64,000 nucleotides of DNA, taken from IMG/VR virus record IMGVR_UViG_3300013126_000009. One strand, written 5' to 3'. The notes under the pieces were generated by a model. The model was given only the letters and a program-made list of their open reading frames with translations. It did not search any database and had not been told where the DNA came from. The stretch comes from a virus. Taxonomy: Duplodnaviria; Heunggongvirae; Uroviricota; Caudoviricetes. Made by a program: the position numbers and the translations under genes. Of this stretch, positions 27,496 through 37,513 are shown piece after piece. Numbering within the stretch: position 1 is the stretch's first letter; each line of letters opens with the position of its first letter.

Positions 27496-28437
27496 ATGCA
27501 AATAAAAACTGTAGTCAATCCAGAAGAATATACCTGTGGCGTTTTAGTTGGTAGATTTCAAGTTGCGAAGCTTCATGACGGTCATAGAGCCTTAATTGAT
27601 AAGGTTGTTAGTCATCATAAAAAAGTGGTTATCTTTCTTGGTGTACCTAGAAAATCTGGTTCAAAAAGCAATCCATTACCGTTTGCTGCAAGGAAGTTGA
27701 TGATTCAAGAAGAATATCCTAATATTGTAATACTGCCATTACAGGATATGCGAAGTGATTCCGATTGGAGTAAGCAACTTGACAATCTAGTTACACAACC
27801 ATACGGTAATCAAAAGTTCCTTCTTTATGGTTCAAGAGACTCATTTATAAGTCATTATTCTGGTAGATTTGACACCACAGAATTAATTACTGATATATTT
27901 TACTCAGGTACTCAAGCAAGGAAATTAATTTCTGAAGAGATTGGGGCTTCTGAGGATTGGAGGGCTGGCGTGATTCATGCCACTTATGATAGATATCCAG
28001 TGACTTACCCTACAGTTGACATTATACCATATCAAATTAACCCCGAAGGCGGTGGTAAAATCTTATTGGCGCAAAAACCAAACGAAACCAAATGGCGAAT
28101 GGTGGGTGGTTTTGTTGACCGAACAGATAGTAATTGGGAAGCTGCGGCTAAAAGGGAATTGTTTGAAGAGGTTGGTCAAATTGAAGTTGGTAACATGGAA
28201 TATGTCACCAGTGGTCAAGTTGACGATTGGAGATATAATGGGTGTGAGGATGGAATTATGACCACGGTATTCAAATGCAAATATGTATTCGGCACACCAA
28301 AACCAAATGACGATATTCATGCTGTTAAATGGTTCACAACCGATGAATTAACTTATGATTATCGTAGAGATATAATTGTACCAGAACATATTAAATTTTT
28401 GGATGCGTTTTTCACATCAACTAGATTTCACAATTAA
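27496..28437 (+). CDS. nadM: bifunctional NMN adenylyltransferase / Nudix hydrolase (NadM-Nudix)
   Basis: Cytidylyltransferase motif GVLVGRFQVAKLHDGH plus Nudix box GGFVDR...REL(F)EEVG. Confidence 0.8.
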   Translation: MQIKTVVNPEEYTCGVLVGRFQVAKLHDGHRALIDKVVSHHKKVVIFLGVPRKSGSKSNPLPFAARKLMIQEEYPNIVILPLQDMRSDSDWSKQLDNLVTQPYGNQKFLLYGSRDSFISHYSGRFDTTELITDIFYSGTQARKLISEEIGASEDWRAGVIHATYDRYPVTYPTVDIIPYQINPEGGGKILLAQKPNETKWRMVGGFVDRTDSNWEAAAKRELFEEVGQIEVGNMEYVTSGQVDDWRYNGCEDGIMTTVFKCKYVFGTPKPNDDIHAVKWFTTDELTYDYRRDIIVPEHIKFLDAFFTSTRFHN

Positions 28438-28450
28438 AAAAAAATACATT

Positions 28451-30034
28451 ATGAGTTTAAAAAGAGAAATTAAAAGACAGCTTAAACAAGCGTTAAAATC
28501 AGGTAATTATGGTGACATGTTGGAACTTAATGACATGTTACAGAAATATTTAGATAAACCACATAATTTAGTATTATTGGGTGATGCTTATAAATATTCA
28601 CACCATAAGTTTTATCCAGATGGTATGACAAAAATGGGTTCATATCTGGAATCAAGGGGTGGTAAATTCAATGAAACGGTATTCTACGGACTCCAATGGT
28701 TTATGAAACAATATCTTGAGGGTGTTGCGATAACAAGAGAAGATGTCGATGAGGCTTATGATTATTTGGGTACTGTACATGGTGTGTTTGGTAGAGAAGA
28801 TGTTTTTGATAGAACCAAATTTGATTATATTGTTGAACATCATGGTGGTAGATTACCAATTAAAATAAAGGCAGTTCCCGAAGGTTCAGTTGTTGGGGTT
28901 AAGAATGTGCTTTTATATATTGAGAATACTGACCCAAAATGTTCATGGTTAACAAATTTCTTGGAGACTTTGATTTTGCAGGTTTGGTATCCAATTACAG
29001 TCGCAACTTTATCAAGGGAAGTTAAAAAGATTGTTAATAATGCTTGGGATGAAACAACGGATTTTGATTCCGAAACCAAAGAATTCTTAATGGAATATGT
29101 ACTGAATGACTTTGGTTTTAGAGGTGTTTCAAGCGTACAGTCAGCAGAAATTGGTGGGTCCGCACACCTTGTTAACTTTAGGGGTTCAGATACTACGGCA
29201 GCATCTAGATTAATATGCGAGTATTATGATACGGATACTGTTTATGGGCAATCAGTTCCAGCCACAGAGCATTCTATTATGACGTTGCTTGGTAAAGAAG
29301 GTGAAGTCGATATGATGCGAAGAGTGTTAGAAAAATACCCAACTGGTATTGTTGCTTGTGTCTCTGATACCTTTGGTATTATGAATGCTGTTAAGAATCT
29401 ATGGGGTAAAGAGCTAAAAGCTGAAATTTTGAGTAGACCAAATGAACCAGCTAATCAATTGGTTATAAGACCTGATAGTGGTCATGTAATTAACACATTG
29501 ATTATGGTGTTCGATTCGTTATTTGAAACTTTCGGATATACAACAAACAGTAAAGGATTTAAGGTGTTACCACCACAAGTGCGAATAATTCAAGGGGATG
29601 GTGTTAATATTGATAGCATTGCTGGTGTATATGAAATGATGAAAGAAAGGAAAATTTCAGCGGAAAATATTGTATTTGGGATGGGTGGTAAACTGCTGCA
29701 AGCTGGTATAGACCGAGATACTCAAAATTTCGCCACGAAATGTTGTTTTAGTATTATTGATGGTAAGGAAATTGATGTTGCAAAAAGTCCTATCGAGATT
29801 GACGAAAACTTCAACGAAGTACAATCGTTTAAGAAATCTAAGTCTGGACAATTGAAGTTGGTTAAAGACCAAGACGGTTCTTACTATACCCTAACATCAA
29901 ATGATGAGGGTTTTGAAGAAGCCACCGATGAATTGGTGCCAGTTTTCGAAAATGGTAAAATACTTAAAAATTATACTTTTGAACAAGTGCGTGAAAACGC
30001 TAAATTAGTTGTTAGTGAGTTTGAACTGTCATGA
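28451..30034 (+). CDS. nadV: nicotinamide phosphoribosyltransferase (NAMPT/NadV)
   Basis: Homologous to the NAMPT/PBEF family across its full length (LLGDAYKYSHHKFYP, GDG...); start set at ATG 28451 after the nadM stop. Confidence 0.85.
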   Translation: MSLKREIKRQLKQALKSGNYGDMLELNDMLQKYLDKPHNLVLLGDAYKYSHHKFYPDGMTKMGSYLESRGGKFNETVFYGLQWFMKQYLEGVAITREDVDEAYDYLGTVHGVFGREDVFDRTKFDYIVEHHGGRLPIKIKAVPEGSVVGVKNVLLYIENTDPKCSWLTNFLETLILQVWYPITVATLSREVKKIVNNAWDETTDFDSETKEFLMEYVLNDFGFRGVSSVQSAEIGGSAHLVNFRGSDTTAASRLICEYYDTDTVYGQSVPATEHSIMTLLGKEGEVDMMRRVLEKYPTGIVACVSDTFGIMNAVKNLWGKELKAEILSRPNEPANQLVIRPDSGHVINTLIMVFDSLFETFGYTTNSKGFKVLPPQVRIIQGDGVNIDSIAGVYEMMKERKISAENIVFGMGGKLLQAGIDRDTQNFATKCCFSIIDGKEIDVAKSPIEIDENFNEVQSFKKSKSGQLKLVKDQDGSYYTLTSNDEGFEEATDELVPVFENGKILKNYTFEQVRENAKLVVSEFELS

Positions 30035-30201
30035 GTGATAATCGGTTAGTCCAACAATACAAAGACCTAATTAAAGAAGTTAAGGCTGAACATTTAATTG
30101 AACATATGTCGGATAATGACATAGCAGAAGCTCTTCGTTCAATGTCTAAAAAGATTAACGATGAACTTGAATCAAAGGTAACAAAAAACCATAATGATTA
30201 A
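30031..30201 (+). CDS. hypothetical small protein (56 aa, below track cutoff)
   Basis: ATGA-coupled to the nadV stop; its end overlaps the next start. Confidence 0.25.
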   Translation: MSDNRLVQQYKDLIKEVKAEHLIEHMSDNDIAEALRSMSKKINDELESKVTKNHND

Positions 30202-30523
30202 TGTAGTTAACAAGTACAAACATCAACCGACTGATAACGATGTATACATTGGTAGAGGTTCACCTTTAGGTAATCCATTCACAGGTTCTAAAAAACTTGA
30301 AGCGACAAAGGCTGAATTTCAATGCGCTTCTCGTGAAGAAGCTATCGAAAGTTACGAAAATTATTTAAGGCTTGCAATTTCAAATAAAAATAACTATATT
30401 TGTCAAGAATTGAATAAGATTCACAAAATGGCTAAACTTGGTGATGTTAATTTGGTTTGTTTTTGCAAGCCAAAAGATTGTCATGGTGATGTTATTAAAA
30501 AGGTAATAGAAGAGAAATTATGA
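30194..30523 (+). CDS. hypothetical protein
   Basis: 109-aa ORF. Confidence 0.4.
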   Translation: MINVVNKYKHQPTDNDVYIGRGSPLGNPFTGSKKLEATKAEFQCASREEAIESYENYLRLAISNKNNYICQELNKIHKMAKLGDVNLVCFCKPKDCHGDVIKKVIEEKL

Positions 30524-30954
30524 TAGCAGTCGTTAAAGCATTTATTAATGCGTTCAAAGAAATGGAACGCAAACAATGGCCATATATTTATGTGTTTATT
30601 GACCTACATTCAACGTTAATTAAACCAAACTACCAATATGGTAACATACCAACAGAAATGTATGATGGTGCGTTAGAGGGGCTTAAAATGCTTCAAGAAG
30701 CTAAGGATGTTAAAATAATAATGTATACCTGTAGTCATCCACATGAGATTGATGAATACATTAGGTTTTTTGATGGTTTGGGAATTAAATGGGACTATAT
30801 AAACGAAAATTCTGAAGTAACGACCAATCTAAATGGTTATGGTTGTTATGATAAGAAACCATATTATAATGTCCTGATGGATGATAAAGCTGGTTTTGAT
30901 GCTGAAACTGATTGGACTGAATTAAATAATTTTTTAAAAAAACGATTAATATGA
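30520..30954 (+). CDS. hypothetical protein
   Basis: 144-aa ORF. Confidence 0.4.
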   Translation: MIAVVKAFINAFKEMERKQWPYIYVFIDLHSTLIKPNYQYGNIPTEMYDGALEGLKMLQEAKDVKIIMYTCSHPHEIDEYIRFFDGLGIKWDYINENSEVTTNLNGYGCYDKKPYYNVLMDDKAGFDAETDWTELNNFLKKRLI

Positions 30955-31310
30955 GTGTAATAAAATTTGAATTGAAGGATGAGCATATAAAGCTTATGAA
31001 AGCTTTGAGGTTTAGAATGGATAGGGATTATAATATTACTGTAACGGATGAATATGGTTTTAATTCACCGTTTGGTGGTAGTAATCTTTATGAGGATATC
31101 GATATAATTTTAAACGGTAAGCCAGAAGATTTTGACCCAATGGGCGAATATAAACCATTGAGTGAAGCTAAGGAAGAAGAATACTTTGAGTTATTCAAAG
31201 AGTTACCTAATGCTCTGGAGATTGTATTATCTTTAGGTACTTTTGAAACTGGACACTATAAGAGAAAGTATCACGATAGATTAGGTTGGAAACCTTATAG
31301 TCCGAAGTAA
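30951..31310 (+). CDS. hypothetical protein
   Basis: 119-aa ORF. Confidence 0.4.
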   Translation: MSVIKFELKDEHIKLMKALRFRMDRDYNITVTDEYGFNSPFGGSNLYEDIDIILNGKPEDFDPMGEYKPLSEAKEEEYFELFKELPNALEIVLSLGTFETGHYKRKYHDRLGWKPYSPK

Positions 31311-31660
31311 TGTTTAAAGTTATTATTGCTGGTGGTAGAGATTTCGATAATTACGAATTACTCTGCAAAACCTGTGACCATATGTTATCGCAACAATCAG
31401 AGATTGAGATTGTCTCTGGTTTAGCCAAAGGTGCGGATTCGTTAGGTCTTAGATATGCTAAGGAACGAGGATACCCAGTTAAAGAGTTTGCGGCACAATG
31501 GGATAAATTCGGTAAAAGTGCAGGTTATAAGCGGAATGCTGAAATGGCTGATTATGCTGATGCACTGATAGCGTTCTGGGATGAAAAATCAAAGGGAACA
31601 AACCATATGATTAATTTAGCCAGCGAAAAAAATATTAAGGTAACAGTTGTAAACTATTAA
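31310..31660 (+). CDS. SLOG-type Rossmann protein (DprA/LOG/DUF2493-like)
   Basis: VIIAGGRDF ... VSGLAKGADSLGLRYA matches the GxAxGxDxxA SLOG signature. Confidence 0.45.
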   Translation: MFKVIIAGGRDFDNYELLCKTCDHMLSQQSEIEIVSGLAKGADSLGLRYAKERGYPVKEFAAQWDKFGKSAGYKRNAEMADYADALIAFWDEKSKGTNHMINLASEKNIKVTVVNY

Positions 31661-31666
31661 AATAAT

Positions 31667-31879
31667 TTGTTAATTTGTAGGATGAAGGAAAGTTATATTA
31701 TTATCAAGAACACTAAGAATCAATTTGGCGTTACAGTACCAATTATCTTATTGGATGGTTTAAGTGAAGTGATGGAGTTCGATGATTATGAATCAGCCAA
31801 TAAGATGGCTCAATTATTCGAAGTCAATTCGGACTCTGGTTGGAAATATACTGTTAAAAAAATACATGGAAAAGACTAA
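31667..31879 (+). CDS. hypothetical protein
   Basis: 70-aa ORF. Confidence 0.35.
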   Translation: MLICRMKESYIIIKNTKNQFGVTVPIILLDGLSEVMEFDDYESANKMAQLFEVNSDSGWKYTVKKIHGKD

Positions 31880-32840
31880 TTCTATTATATTCTCTGTCGA
31901 TGGTAGGCTTGACCTATTGAGAGAAATTGTTGACTTTACTGGTAATGGTTTCACAGAACCGATTTCTGTTGGTGAAATGACCAATAGAAAATTCTCTGAT
32001 GGGGAATTGAACGTTGATTTTAATAAGTCAATACGAGGTAAAAAGGTTTATCTATTAACAACACCGATTAATTCTGATGAAATAATTAAGTTGGAGTTTG
32101 CCATTGATGCTGCAAGACGAGCATCAGCGCATGAGATTATACCGATATTACCGTATTTTCCATACTCACGTCAAGATAAAAGAGACCAACACAGAGGTTC
32201 AATTGGTGCTAAGGTATTGGCTAAGAAATTAGAGATGTTGGGTGCAACAGGTATAATTACGATGGAGTTACATGCCGACCAGATTGAAGGTTTTTTTGAT
32301 ATTCCAGTTACAAACATCAAGGGTCAATATTTGTTTACTGAATTCATTCATAATGAACACGCCAGATTAGGTGATGTTGTATTGGCTGCTACTGATGCTG
32401 GTGGTGGTAAACGTGTTGTTAAAATGCAGAATCGCATTAGGGATAAATACGGTGTTAATTTACCATTTGTATTCGCGCATAAGAACAGAGTTGAGGACAA
32501 TAAAGTTGATGAGGTTATAATAATTGGTGATGTTAAGGATAAAAATGTAATCTTATTGGATGATATGTGTGATACGGCTGGAACCTTATGTGCCAACGCT
32601 GACAAAATGATTGAATTGGGCGCGAAAAGCGTATCCGCTGTGACAACTCATTTGATTTTAAGTGGTAATGCCGTTGATAGAATTGAAAAATCTTCATTAA
32701 CGTATGTGATGGGTTCAAATTCATTGAATGTGGTAAAGCATAATAAATTAAGGACAATAAGTGTTGCGTCAGAAATTGGTAAAGCGATACTTGCAAACGA
32801 TTACGGAATTAGTTTAAGCCGTATTCAAAATAACAAATAA
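31866..32840 (+). CDS. prs: ribose-phosphate pyrophosphokinase (PRPP synthetase)
   Basis: PRPP-binding loop and Prs N-domain motifs (...HADQIEGFFDIPV..., DDMCDTAGTL); start at internal ATG 31866. Confidence 0.85.
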   Translation: MEKTNSIIFSVDGRLDLLREIVDFTGNGFTEPISVGEMTNRKFSDGELNVDFNKSIRGKKVYLLTTPINSDEIIKLEFAIDAARRASAHEIIPILPYFPYSRQDKRDQHRGSIGAKVLAKKLEMLGATGIITMELHADQIEGFFDIPVTNIKGQYLFTEFIHNEHARLGDVVLAATDAGGGKRVVKMQNRIRDKYGVNLPFVFAHKNRVEDNKVDEVIIIGDVKDKNVILLDDMCDTAGTLCANADKMIELGAKSVSAVTTHLILSGNAVDRIEKSSLTYVMGSNSLNVVKHNKLRTISVASEIGKAILANDYGISLSRIQNNK

Positions 32841-32854
32841 GGAAAAAAAATTGC

Positions 32855-34435
32855 ATGAAATTTAAAGACTTAACAGATAATGATATCGATAACATCAAAG
32901 ACATTTTTCTCAATAAAGACATGTCGTGGGATGATAGAATTGATAAGATTAAGACTTTTGCTGGTATAAGTGAAAGAACCACTAGAAAATGGTTAATTAA
33001 ATTAGGTTTATCCAAAACACCAACGGTTGTTGAACCTGAAGTACTTTCGATGGCCAAAAAGCGTGAACATGACCAATCAAAAAAGATATTTCTAATTACT
33101 TCGGCACAAAACGCTACAAAGGTTCATAGACAATTCTTAACCAATATGGAATCGTATGCTGAATTTTTAGATGCTGAAATTTTAGTTATACCGTTTAGAT
33201 ATAAGAATCCGACCAGCGTATTCACAATTAATCAAGAGGCTGATGATTGGTGGGATTCATCAATAACTAAATATTTAACGTTAAATCGACACGATTTAAA
33301 TAATAGGGTTTCGGTATTATCAGATGTTAAGATTCAACCCACAGCTTCACAACCACTTCAAGGGCTTGAGGGTATGACAGGTGACCATTCTTGTGTTGTT
33401 GGACATCCGAGATTGGAACTAAAAACTGTTCCAGTAATGGATACGACCAAACCAAAAATAATGTTTACAACTGGTGCTGTAACGAAACCAAACTATACTG
33501 ATTCAAAAGCTGGTAAGAAGGGTGAATTTCATCACACATATGGTTTTGCCATTGTTGAAATAAAGGATGATAACACTTTCTTTTTTAGACAAGTTTCAGC
33601 AAATGATAGAACTGGTGAATTCATTGATTTGTTTTATGGAGTTAAAGACGGTGTGGTATCAGCGGAAAGTGGTGTTGAGGCAATAGCTTTGGGTGACATT
33701 CATGTTAGAAATTGTGACCCTAATGTTACAAATATAACGTTTAATGACATTTTTAAAAAACTACCACCTAAGAAGGTTTTTATTCATGATATAATAGATA
33801 GTGAAAGTATTTCACACCATAATCTTAAAGACCCGTTTTTACAGCATGAACTTGAAGCTTCTGGTAGAAATGATTTATCTGAAGAGATTAATGAAATGAT
33901 TGAATGGTTAAAACCATTGGAACCTTTTGATACATATATTGTTCGTTCTAATCATGATGAACATATTGATAAATTCCTCAACGAAACTGATTGGCGTAAA
34001 ATGAATACATTTAAAAATGCGATTCCATATATGGAGTATTCATTGGCTAAGTTGAATGGTAAAGCTAAAAATGGTATCGTACCATACATCATCAATTTAA
34101 ATTACCCTAAAATGAAATGTTTAGGTTATGACGATAATATTTCAGTTAAAGGTTATTTGATGTCAAATCATGGTCATTTGGGTGCTTCTGGTAGCAGAGG
34201 TAGTATAAATCAATTCAGTAAATTGGCTACAAAGACTGTTACTGGACATTCACACACTATTGGTAGGGTTGGTGGTGCTGTAAGTGTTGGTACAAGCACA
34301 TATTTGAATTTAAGATATGTGCGCGGAGCGTCAACATGGGTACAAGCTCATGGTATTGTTAATAGGTTGGGAAAGTTTCAACACATCGTATTATTTCAGA
34401 CAGACAATGGTTTGGAATATACAACGCTAAAATAA
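32855..34435 (+). CDS. hypothetical protein with possible metallophosphoesterase-like core
   Basis: 526 aa; GDIHVRN ... SNHDEHID motifs are suggestive only. Confidence 0.35.
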   Translation: MKFKDLTDNDIDNIKDIFLNKDMSWDDRIDKIKTFAGISERTTRKWLIKLGLSKTPTVVEPEVLSMAKKREHDQSKKIFLITSAQNATKVHRQFLTNMESYAEFLDAEILVIPFRYKNPTSVFTINQEADDWWDSSITKYLTLNRHDLNNRVSVLSDVKIQPTASQPLQGLEGMTGDHSCVVGHPRLELKTVPVMDTTKPKIMFTTGAVTKPNYTDSKAGKKGEFHHTYGFAIVEIKDDNTFFFRQVSANDRTGEFIDLFYGVKDGVVSAESGVEAIALGDIHVRNCDPNVTNITFNDIFKKLPPKKVFIHDIIDSESISHHNLKDPFLQHELEASGRNDLSEEINEMIEWLKPLEPFDTYIVRSNHDEHIDKFLNETDWRKMNTFKNAIPYMEYSLAKLNGKAKNGIVPYIINLNYPKMKCLGYDDNISVKGYLMSNHGHLGASGSRGSINQFSKLATKTVTGHSHTIGRVGGAVSVGTSTYLNLRYVRGASTWVQAHGIVNRLGKFQHIVLFQTDNGLEYTTLK

Positions 34436-34489
34436 TTTTGTCAGTTAATATTTTTTTCTTAAATTTGTATCGAACAAAAAAATCAAATA

Positions 34490-34990
34490 ATGTCTAATAA
34501 GATAAACGAAGAAATTAAATTTAAAACCGTTAGGTTGGTCGGTGACAATGTTGATAGTACTAAAGATGGTATAATGACAATTGAATCGGCAATGCAATTA
34601 GCTGAAGATATGGGTATGGACCTTGTACTTATGAGTGATAGTACAAAACCCGTTATCTGTAAGATTATGGATTACAGCAAATTCCAATATAATAAGGAAA
34701 AGAATAAACCAAAGAGTAAACCTAAACCTATAAAGGAAATGCGGTATACACCAAATACTGATGAGAATGACCTTAAATTTAAGTTAAATCATGTCATAAA
34801 GTTTCTCGAAAAAGGTCATAAAGTTAAAGCCTATGTAACCTTTAAGGGTCGGGAAATGAATTATCAAGAACAGGGTCAAAAAATACTATTGGATTTGCTC
34901 GTTCAGGTTGAAGAGTATGGTATTGCTGAAAATGTACCTAATTTTGAAGGTAATAAATATATAGTAGTAATTAAACCAAAAAATAAATAA
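34490..34990 (+). CDS. infC: translation initiation factor IF-3
   Basis: VRLVGDN...GIMTIESAMQLAEDMGMDLVLMSDSTKPVICKIMDY and a C-domain typical of InfC. Confidence 0.75.
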   Translation: MSNKINEEIKFKTVRLVGDNVDSTKDGIMTIESAMQLAEDMGMDLVLMSDSTKPVICKIMDYSKFQYNKEKNKPKSKPKPIKEMRYTPNTDENDLKFKLNHVIKFLEKGHKVKAYVTFKGREMNYQEQGQKILLDLLVQVEEYGIAENVPNFEGNKYIVVIKPKNK

Positions 34991-35487
34991 TGAACAAACT
35001 ATTATTAGTACCTAATTCAATTAGGACATCATCTGGGAAATATTTCAATTTCATCGATACTGATGTCGATATGATTGATATTGAGGATATTGCACATTCA
35101 TTGAGTATGCAATGTAGATTTGGCGGTCATCTACCAAGATTCTACAGTATTGCACAACATTCGGTTTTATGTTCTCAGATTATTGAACCTAAATATGCGT
35201 TGGAAGCTTTGTTGCACGATGCTTCTGAGGCGTATCTTATGGATATACCAACACCATTGAAGAATCTATTACCAGAATATAAGGTTATGGAGGATAGGTT
35301 AATGAAAACCATAAGTGAAAAATATGGTTTTGAGTACCCATTGAATAACTCGGTCAAAGAGGTTGATTCAAAGATGTTAAATATTGAGTTCAATGGCGTC
35401 ATGTTGGGTAATGATAATTTTGATTGTTGGACACAAAAACAATCAAAAGAAATATTCTTGGAAACCTTCCATAACTTAAAACGTTAA
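34990..35487 (+). CDS. HD-domain phosphohydrolase (YfbR-like)
   Basis: H...ALLHDASEAYLMDIP HD motif. Confidence 0.5.
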   Translation: MNKLLLVPNSIRTSSGKYFNFIDTDVDMIDIEDIAHSLSMQCRFGGHLPRFYSIAQHSVLCSQIIEPKYALEALLHDASEAYLMDIPTPLKNLLPEYKVMEDRLMKTISEKYGFEYPLNNSVKEVDSKMLNIEFNGVMLGNDNFDCWTQKQSKEIFLETFHNLKR

Positions 35488-35512
35488 CAATAAGTTCACC
35501 ATATTTATTGAT

Positions 35513-35875
35513 ATGGTGAAGCGTTTTAAATCCAGAAGGTCAAAGTTACAAGATTCATTGACTGAATTACTTTCTGGAGATACAAAAAATATAGCTGATA
35601 TATTGTCCTTTGTTGATGAATATGAAAAGGATAATTTAGATACGATTGATAAACTTAAAAGAGTACGACAATTAGAGTTAAAAAAAATCAATGGGGCGTT
35701 GCGGCAAACTATTGACGCTCATGGTGATATTAACAAAGTACTCATTGGGAGTGCCAGCAAAAGAATCTGGGGAGCGTTATTAGTTTCTGGTGAGTTTAAA
35801 GACAAGAAGAAGTTTTCGATAAAAACCTTCGTAATTGGCTTGCTTTTCGGGCTTATTTTTTGTATATTTGCATAA
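35513..35875 (+). CDS. hypothetical protein with C-terminal transmembrane anchor
   Basis: 120 aa; hydrophobic tail FVIGLLFGLIFCIF. Confidence 0.35.
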   Translation: MVKRFKSRRSKLQDSLTELLSGDTKNIADILSFVDEYEKDNLDTIDKLKRVRQLELKKINGALRQTIDAHGDINKVLIGSASKRIWGALLVSGEFKDKKKFSIKTFVIGLLFGLIFCIFA

Positions 35876-35919
35876 TCAAACTTAGTTTTATAATTTAAAA
35901 ATCAATTAACGTAATTAAT

Positions 35920-36792
35920 ATGGCGAACCTGTATACAACAGAAAAACGCATCACTAATCGTGATGGTGTACTTAAACAATATCTTTCAGATATATATAAC
36001 ATTAAACTTTTCGAAAGTGCTGATGCTGAAGCTGAATGTGCATATAAAGCATATGCTGGTGATGTAGATGCTAAAAATGAGTTAATACGTAGAAATCTAC
36101 GATTTGTTATAACTGTGGCTAAATCATATATGACCGAAGGTGTTTACATTGAGGATTTGATTAATGAGGGTAATATTGGTTTGATTGAGGCTGCTGAAAA
36201 ATTTGACCCTACGATGGGTAATAAGTTTTTTACTTATGCGGTATATTGGATTGTTCGTAATATACGACAATTCATATCTAATAATTCAAGAACAGTAAGA
36301 TTACCAATCAATAAGGTTGATAATATTAGAAATGTCAAACGACAACTATCTGATTTGGAACAGGAATTGGGTAGACCTGTAACGGTATATGACCTAATTG
36401 AGTCCGCATCAACAGATAAGGAAATTGAAAATCTAAAAATAATGATTGATTTGGTTGAACTTGGCTTCACTTCCATGGATTCACCAATTAGTAATGATGA
36501 AGATAGCTCGACTTATCATGATATATTATTTGATTCGGATGAATTGACACCAGAAGATTATTTGGATAATTCGGATAATGGTGATTATTTGATGGGTTTA
36601 TTGGAAAACATGAAACCAATCGAAAAGACGATTATTGTTAGACGGTATGGTCTTGATGGTAACATACCTATGACACTTAAAGAGGTGAGTGAGTGTGATG
36701 ATATGTCATTAACAAGGGAGAGAATCAGACAGATTGAGAAAGGTGTGTTGAAAAAATTAAAAGCTATTACATCTAAAGAATTAATTTGTTAA
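35920..36792 (+). CDS. RNA polymerase sigma-70 family factor
   Basis: Region 2 (LIEAAEKFDPTMGNKFFTYAVYWIVRNI) and region 4 helix-turn-helix (MTLKEVSECDDMSLTRERIRQIEKGVLKKLK). Confidence 0.8.
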   Translation: MANLYTTEKRITNRDGVLKQYLSDIYNIKLFESADAEAECAYKAYAGDVDAKNELIRRNLRFVITVAKSYMTEGVYIEDLINEGNIGLIEAAEKFDPTMGNKFFTYAVYWIVRNIRQFISNNSRTVRLPINKVDNIRNVKRQLSDLEQELGRPVTVYDLIESASTDKEIENLKIMIDLVELGFTSMDSPISNDEDSSTYHDILFDSDELTPEDYLDNSDNGDYLMGLLENMKPIEKTIIVRRYGLDGNIPMTLKEVSECDDMSLTRERIRQIEKGVLKKLKAITSKELIC

Positions 36793-36796
36793 TCTT

Positions 36797-37003
36797 ATGC
36801 GAAAAACTATTTTAATAACATTCCCAAACGAGTCATATCCGATATTGGCAAATGTGAATATCGATGAATTAGTTGTTAGCAAAGTCTTTAAAAACAAATA
36901 TTTTGGCGATACAATATTCTGTTGGTACGGGGATGTTTATATTAATTTAAACTCAAAAAATCTAGATGATGAAACATTAGCCAAAATAATGAGCAATAAC
37001 TAA
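36797..37003 (+). CDS. hypothetical protein
   Basis: 68-aa ORF. Confidence 0.3.
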   Translation: MRKTILITFPNESYPILANVNIDELVVSKVFKNKYFGDTIFCWYGDVYINLNSKNLDDETLAKIMSNN

Positions 37004-37038
37004 GAACTCAACATATTTATATGTAAAGGTATATTATT

Positions 37039-37464
37039 ATGGAAGATAAGAAGTTTATTGCTCAAATTTTAAAAGAGGGGTTACGACCTATTAATGTTAA
37101 TTGTGACGTTGAAATCAGTCACCTTTACGAATCTTTAAAAAAGAACCTTAAAACGCCAATAAGGGATTTAATAGGTGAAGATGAAAAAAAAGATATCGGT
37201 GAGAAGGACACTAAAAAATTCAGTAAATGGTATACTGATGTTCAAAACGATTTAAATAAAGAAAAGAAACCAACAGCCCCATCTCAAGCTGGTGTTATTA
37301 GAATTTTAAACCCAAATTACGATAATCTATCACCTAGTGAACAAGCGACTGAACGTTCTTTGTTTAGAAAAAAATTAAATAAAGAAACTAATGACGAGGG
37401 TGGTCAATATCTTTTTAGTATTGAAGAATTGGCTAAGATACGCTCTATATTGGGAATTGGTTAA
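37039..37464 (+). CDS. hypothetical protein
   Basis: 141-aa ORF. Confidence 0.35.
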   Translation: MEDKKFIAQILKEGLRPINVNCDVEISHLYESLKKNLKTPIRDLIGEDEKKDIGEKDTKKFSKWYTDVQNDLNKEKKPTAPSQAGVIRILNPNYDNLSPSEQATERSLFRKKLNKETNDEGGQYLFSIEELAKIRSILGIG

Positions 37465-37513
37465 TATCGATTTTTTTTTCTTATATTTGTATCATAACTT
37501 TAAAACGTGAACT

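Noticed and set aside
36234-36476. Minus-strand ORF inside the sigma factor gene
   Set aside because: Embedded antisense in a confidently identified gene.
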